A stretch of DNA of 64,000 bases, from contig JBFMCO010000032.1 in assembly GCA_040754495.1 (NCBI GenBank), forward strand, positions 123 to 64,122, read 5' to 3'. This stretch comes from Candidatus Micrarchaeota archaeon (lineage in GTDB: Archaea > Micrarchaeota > Micrarchaeia > Anstonellales > Bilamarchaeaceae). The notes under the pieces are model-generated. The model ran no database searches and was not told the origin of the DNA. It was given only the letters and a program-made list of their open reading frames with translations. A program made the translations under genes and the position numbers. Positions 59,895 through 64,000 of this stretch are shown in pieces; position 1 is the stretch's first letter; the number at the start of each line of letters is the position of its first letter.

Positions 59895-59959
59895 GTGGTT
59901 CCCTGTTTCCGGTTTCGAGTCCCGCCGGCCAAAACCCGAAACTGGAAACTCTAAACCAC
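59895..59959. repeat. inverted pair of heptamer-family units forming a roughly 65-nt hairpin
   Basis: GTGGTT...GTTTCCGGTTTCG...(loop)...CGAAACTGGAAAC...AACCAC. The 13-nt arms have one G:T position, and outer 6-bp arms also pair. It lies between the polB stop and the next promoter. Confidence 0.6.
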
Positions 59960-59987
59960 CACCGCATCGCCTTGATGGCTGAAGTTT

Positions 59988-62447
59988 TCAGAAGTAGTGG
60001 TCCAGGGACTTCTGCTTCCCTCCGAACTTCATGCTGTACTCGTCGTAGCCGAGCTCCTTCATTATCTTCATCACGGCAGGGAGCACCTGGTTGTTTATGT
60101 AGTAGTCGGCGTCGTAATCCTTCGCGAGCTCCAGGGGAGCCGCCTTCTCGGAGATGGTCTTTCCGCTCCTGCCGATTACGTATGAGACGAGCGTGCCCTT
60201 CTCCACGGGAATCCCGGCCTCCCTCATCCTGTTCGCGGCCGAGAGCTCCGGGCTCTTCACCTCGTAATTCCCGGGGCTTTTCAGGAGCTGGGTGCTGATT
60301 GCGAGCTTCTCGAGCGGCACCTTCCCCTCCTGGAGGTCGGACACGACCCCGCGGATGATGGACACTGCCTTCTCCTTGCTGCCTTCCCTGAGTATGGCCT
60401 CGAGCACCTTGAGCTGCGTCTCCTTGGCTATCGAGGACCAGTCGCGGCGCACCAGCTCGAAGCCTCTTATCTTGATGCGGCCGTCCTCGCCAAGGAGCGC
60501 GTATTTCTTCTTCGCGCCCCTCTCTTCCCCGCCCTTCTTGCTCACAAACACTCCGCGCGTGTAGAATCCCTCGAGTTCCAGCTCCATCTTCGGCGGGAGC
60601 GCCGCGTTCACCGCGTTCATGAACCGTATGACGTCCTCCCTGTCCTTGTACAGCAGGAAAACGGAATCAGTGTCGGCATAAAGCACCGTGAAGCCGTCCC
60701 TCTCGGCCCGCTCTATGGTCTCCATGATGTGCTTGCGGCCCCACGCCGTGACGCTTTCCGCGCACGGGCGCGAGTACCACCTCGAGCGGGCGTAGCCCAT
60801 ATAGCCGTAGAAGCTGTTCGCGAGGATTTTGAGCGCGTGCGAGCGCGCGTTCATCCGGACATAGGCGTCGCTGGACTTGTCGAGCGTTTTCAGCTCCTTC
60901 TTGAGCTTCATCCTCATGTCTATGAGGTAGTCGAGGACGAACGGTATGAGGCCGGTCCGGTCCCTGGCGAACGTCGCCCCGGTAGGGGATACGAAGGCGG
61001 TTTCCGGGGACTGGCTGCCATGAGGCTGCGGCCTCAAGCCCTCCAGCGCTTCGCGCTGAAGGCCGGCTGCCGGATGCCGATTGCCGGATGCCGGCTGCTG
61101 CATAAGCGTGCCGGGGTCGATATTGTAAGAAACGATAATCGAGGGATACAGCCCACGGAAGTCGAGCACGGCCATCTTGTCGTATATGCCCGGCTCGGGC
61201 AGTTTCACGAACGCGCCCTGTATCGGGGCGCTCGCGCGCTCCATGATGGTGTCGCCGCCGGGCCTTGAGGGGATGAGCTCCCCCCTCTCCGTCGCATGGA
61301 ACATAAGGAGGTTCTCGACAAGCTGCCCGCTGGTCGAGAGCGTGGTTTCGAAAAGCGGCATCTTGGCGACGCCGGAGAGCTCCACCTCTATCGGCAGGAA
61401 GCGGTCGCCGAGGGCCAGCGTCAGCTCTGAATCCACGAGCGAATACTCGCAGAGGCGGTCTATGTCCCCCTTGTCCCACATCTGCCAGATGTCCTCCTTG
61501 GCTATCTTCACCTTCTTGCTGCCAAGGACGTCCTGCGCCACCGCGTCCAGGGTGAACTTCTGCGTCTTTATGAGGCCTATGAAGCCGAAGAACTTCACGG
61601 CCGGATACAGGTCGAAATGGACGCGGCCGCCTATGCGCATACCGCTGATGAGGCCTTTCTGCAGCGGCTTTATCGCGCCGCCGAAACGGCCGAGCCTGAA
61701 TGCCGCCCCGGCCCTCTGCGCCCTGGTCTTCAGGTACGGGAGGTCGAAGTTGGCCGAGTTGTAGCCGAGGAGGACGTCCGGGTCCTCGTCGCGCACGATT
61801 TTCGAGAACCGCTCCAGCATCTCCCTCTCGCCGTCGCAGGTCTGGACGAAATCCTTCCCGGATTTCTTGAACGTGAGGACGCCCTTGCTCTTCCCGCAAT
61901 AGCTTATCATGACCACCGGGTCCTTGCCCTCCCTGGGCGCTCCCATCGGGTTGTAGGTCTCGATGTCGAAGCTCATGGAGCTGAGCCTGGGCTCGCCCGG
62001 CTTTACCGAAAGGAACCGCTTTATGAGCTTCCCCTCGCGCTCGTAGGACAGGATGTGGAGCGGCGTCAGGCCCATGTCGAAAATGAAGCGCCTCGCGAAG
62101 GGGATGTTGTATTCAAAGCAGGTGAAGGGGATTGCGGCCTTGATGGCAGGCACGTGCGACGGCTCGCGGCAATAGAGCTTAAGGAGCTTTTTTTTGCCGG
62201 AGCCGACATTCCTCTCGGCTTCCTCGACCCGGATAGGCGAGACTATTTCGCCGCTCTTCTTCGCGGCCTTGAGATGCAGGAGGTCGTCCTTGCGCTCCGG
62301 CGGCGCGTCAACGTAGAAATACGGGTCGTACTGGTAGTAGCGCTTGACGGTTTTCCTGCCCTTGAGGAGCAGGGAAACGTACGTCTTCCCGTTCTTCACC
62401 GTGTAGCCGGCGTCTATGAAGAAAGCCCGCTTCCTAGAAATAGCCAT
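59988..62447 (-). CDS. polB: family B DNA polymerase
   Basis: 819-aa ORF with exo motifs (FDIETYN, YNSANFDLPYL) and polymerase motifs (DFRGLYPSII, KILANSFYGY, LYADTDSV). Confidence 0.95.
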   Translation of the reverse strand: MAISRKRAFFIDAGYTVKNGKTYVSLLLKGRKTVKRYYQYDPYFYVDAPPERKDDLLHLKAAKKSGEIVSPIRVEEAERNVGSGKKKLLKLYCREPSHVPAIKAAIPFTCFEYNIPFARRFIFDMGLTPLHILSYEREGKLIKRFLSVKPGEPRLSSMSFDIETYNPMGAPREGKDPVVMISYCGKSKGVLTFKKSGKDFVQTCDGEREMLERFSKIVRDEDPDVLLGYNSANFDLPYLKTRAQRAGAAFRLGRFGGAIKPLQKGLISGMRIGGRVHFDLYPAVKFFGFIGLIKTQKFTLDAVAQDVLGSKKVKIAKEDIWQMWDKGDIDRLCEYSLVDSELTLALGDRFLPIEVELSGVAKMPLFETTLSTSGQLVENLLMFHATERGELIPSRPGGDTIMERASAPIQGAFVKLPEPGIYDKMAVLDFRGLYPSIIVSYNIDPGTLMQQPASGNRHPAAGLQREALEGLRPQPHGSQSPETAFVSPTGATFARDRTGLIPFVLDYLIDMRMKLKKELKTLDKSSDAYVRMNARSHALKILANSFYGYMGYARSRWYSRPCAESVTAWGRKHIMETIERAERDGFTVLYADTDSVFLLYKDREDVIRFMNAVNAALPPKMELELEGFYTRGVFVSKKGGEERGAKKKYALLGEDGRIKIRGFELVRRDWSSIAKETQLKVLEAILREGSKEKAVSIIRGVVSDLQEGKVPLEKLAISTQLLKSPGNYEVKSPELSAANRMREAGIPVEKGTLVSYVIGRSGKTISEKAAPLELAKDYDADYYINNQVLPAVMKIMKELGYDEYSMKFGGKQKSLDHYF

Positions 62448-62468
62448 GGACGGGTATTTGGGGGATGA

Positions 62469-62479
62469 GAATTTAAACC
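62469..62479 (-). promoter_or_regulatory. TATA-like box for polB
   Basis: The minus strand reads GGTTTAAATTC, centred about 27 nt upstream of ATG 62447. Confidence 0.4.
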
Positions 62480-62569
62480 GATTCAGGCGTCGAAAAAGAA
62501 GATGGCCTTTTCCGGACTTCCATGCCCCCGGCTGCCGGGCGAATCGAAAAACTTAAAATGAGGAAAAAA

Positions 62570-63301
62570 TTACTTGCGCAAGGCCGATTCCTTGTCCATC
62601 AGCTCGCGCATGACGTCCTCGTGGATGAATCTCCTGCCGCCAATCTTGACGTGCGGGATTCTTCCGCGATCCAGGCGCCTCTCGAATGCGTTCCTCTTTA
62701 TCTTGATGCCGGTCTTGTGCAGCTCCTTTATCGCCTGGCTGACCGAGAAGTAGTTGGTGCTGATGTGCGTGAGCGCCTCTACCGCATCCTTCGGCACAAG
62801 CCTCCTCGTGCCGAATTTCACGCTCGGTATGGAGCCCTTCTCTATCCTGCCGATGAACGCCCTGAAGTTTATCCTCGGGTTGGATTTCCTGTACTCCTCG
62901 AAGGCCTCCTTCACGGTGAAGAACTCGGCCTTGGTGCTCGTGATGTCGTCCAGCACGCTTTTCGGGATGTACCTCTTCCTCCCGACCTTCACGAACGGCA
63001 CGGTCCCCCTCTCGATGCGGCCGCCGAAGGCCCTGAAGGATATGAACACGCCGCTGTTCTTGAGATAATCGTAGGCCGAGCGCACGGAGAAAAGCTCATG
63101 CTTCCCCTCGAGTTCCTCCTCGCTGGCTTTCTGGCGGTAAAGATTCTGGGCTACCCTGAATACGCTTGCGACCGACGTCGAGAGGCCCTTCTCCACCCTG
63201 TCGCGCTCCTTCTTTATCTCATCCAAATCGATGGACCTGAACTTGTCGACGTAGTCGTCATCAATCTCTGTTTCGATAATAATCTTCTTTCCTCGAGGCA
63301 T
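62570..63301 (-). CDS. DNA-binding protein with three tandem excisionase/MerR-type HTH modules
   Basis: ATG 63301 follows AGGTGG; the tracked ORF opens at TTG 63307. There are three roughly 50-aa repeats: F(S/T)V..A...(L/Y)...(G/N)..I..RAF..RI(E)(R/K)G.(I/V)P.VK.G.(R/K)R.(I/V). Confidence 0.7.
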   Translation of the reverse strand: MPRGKKIIIETEIDDDYVDKFRSIDLDEIKKERDRVEKGLSTSVASVFRVAQNLYRQKASEEELEGKHELFSVRSAYDYLKNSGVFISFRAFGGRIERGTVPFVKVGRKRYIPKSVLDDITSTKAEFFTVKEAFEEYRKSNPRINFRAFIGRIEKGSIPSVKFGTRRLVPKDAVEALTHISTNYFSVSQAIKELHKTGIKIKRNAFERRLDRGRIPHVKIGGRRFIHEDVMRELMDKESALRK

Positions 63302-63396
63302 GGTCAACCACCTTGCGAATATGTCAGTTTGTGATTATGAATGTTTATAGTTATAAAACACACAATTTATAAAGATAGTGTTCACTACCTCCCTCC

Positions 63397-64000
63397 TCAG
63401 GCTTTCGATTTTATACGAAACACCAAATAAACGCCCAAAATCAATACAATTACACCACCTATTATGTAGATTAGTGGTATTCCCTGTTCCTGCTGTGGCG
63501 GTGGTTGTGTATTTGTCTGGTTTTGCGTGTTGTTGGTCTGGTTGCCCGGCCCGGGCCCTGTCGCGAAGGTGGAGAACTTGCCCTCCTGCTCGGCCCTGTT
63601 GCCGGTCTTGTCCTTGAGCTCCACCCTGAAGCTCACGAGCTTGTTAGGTGGTAATTCGGGGAAATCCGCAGTGAAATTGCTGCGCCCGGCGGTGAAAACG
63701 ACCGCGCTGCTCCAGGGGGTGGAGGCGTCCGAAGGCTCTATCTTGTATTGCACCTTCACGCTGGAAACGTCCAGGCCGCTCGCGTACTGGTTCGGGTCAG
63801 TGGCCTCTATGTGCAGCTTGAACCTCCCCCCGGAATAGTCCGGCGTTATGCCTTTTATGAGCGGGGCGTTCAGGTCGTAGCGGAGCTGGACAATCGGTTC
63901 GGATGCAGGGTATAGCACGTCCTCGGTCACTATCCCGCGGTAGTCAATCGTGTACGGGACCATCTCTCCGAAGAGCCTGTCATTCCCGTAATGCCCCCCT
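63397..64000 (-). CDS. surface protein, C-terminal part (5' end outside window): Ig-like domain, Asn/Gln/Thr-rich stalk, C-terminal TM anchor
   Basis: The frame stays open beyond 64000 upstream of the listed M. The C-terminus reads ...GPGPGNQTNNTQNQTNTQPPPQQEQG-IPLIYIIGGVIVLILGVYLVF-RIKSKA. Confidence 0.6.
   Translation of the reverse strand, partial: GGHYGNDRLFGEMVPYTIDYRGIVTEDVLYPASEPIVQLRYDLNAPLIKGITPDYSGGRFKLHIEATDPNQYASGLDVSSVKVQYKIEPSDASTPWSSAVVFTAGRSNFTADFPELPPNKLVSFRVELKDKTGNRAEQEGKFSTFATGPGPGNQTNNTQNQTNTQPPPQQEQGIPLIYIIGGVIVLILGVYLVFRIKSKA

Noticed and set aside
1-64000. Search for tRNA, 16S/23S rRNA, CRISPR arrays, IS elements and prophage genes across the window
   Set aside because: None was recognised by eye. 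There are no cloverleaf-like T-arm consensus sequences in the spacers, no repeat-spacer arrays, and no transposase, integrase or capsid-like ORFs. A tRNAscan-SE, Infernal or ISfinder run would be needed to be certain.

Overview
High-GC, gene-dense archaeal chromosomal segment. Archaeal markers are GatD/GatE, AglB/STT3, class-I CCA-adding enzyme, Pus10, GGGP synthase with geranylgeranyl reductase, family-B DNA polymerase and FtsZ. Many start codons have a TATA-like box about 25-30 nt upstream, suggesting leaderless or short-leader transcripts. About 60 protein genes are supported: a riboflavin cluster including a riboflavin-synthase/lumazine-synthase fusion, pyrK-pyrD and pyrE, purD, gyrB-gyrA, polB, an mntR-mntH metal module, a CcdA/DipZ-like thiol-disulfide module and an AbrB/PIN toxin-antitoxin pair. 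I recognised no rRNA operon, tRNA, CRISPR array, transposase or integrase. Five things stand out. (1) A dispersed family of 7-nt-period repeats (GGTTTCS, complement SGAAACC) occurs at 10 or more loci: in leaders, between genes, and apparently as in-frame insertions in housekeeping genes. The largest array is at 48966-49140. (2) A putative type-IV-secretion/Ced-like membrane and VirB4-type ATPase cluster lies at 44230-51822. Its VirB4-like N- and C-terminal halves are separate genes, split by an opposite-strand gene that appears lower in GC and encodes about 6.7 tandem 89-aa repeats. (3) Two paralogous genes of about 0.8 kb and unknown function form a direct repeat around a 4-kb kinase/PRTase/CapA cassette. 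(4) A promoter-proximal 122-nt three-way-junction RNA element lies upstream of gatDE. (5) A four-gene overlapping operon runs K+ channel, ThiF-like E1, TBP-fold-like small protein, PHP phosphoesterase. All functional calls come from motif recognition by eye in the supplied translations. No database searches were run.
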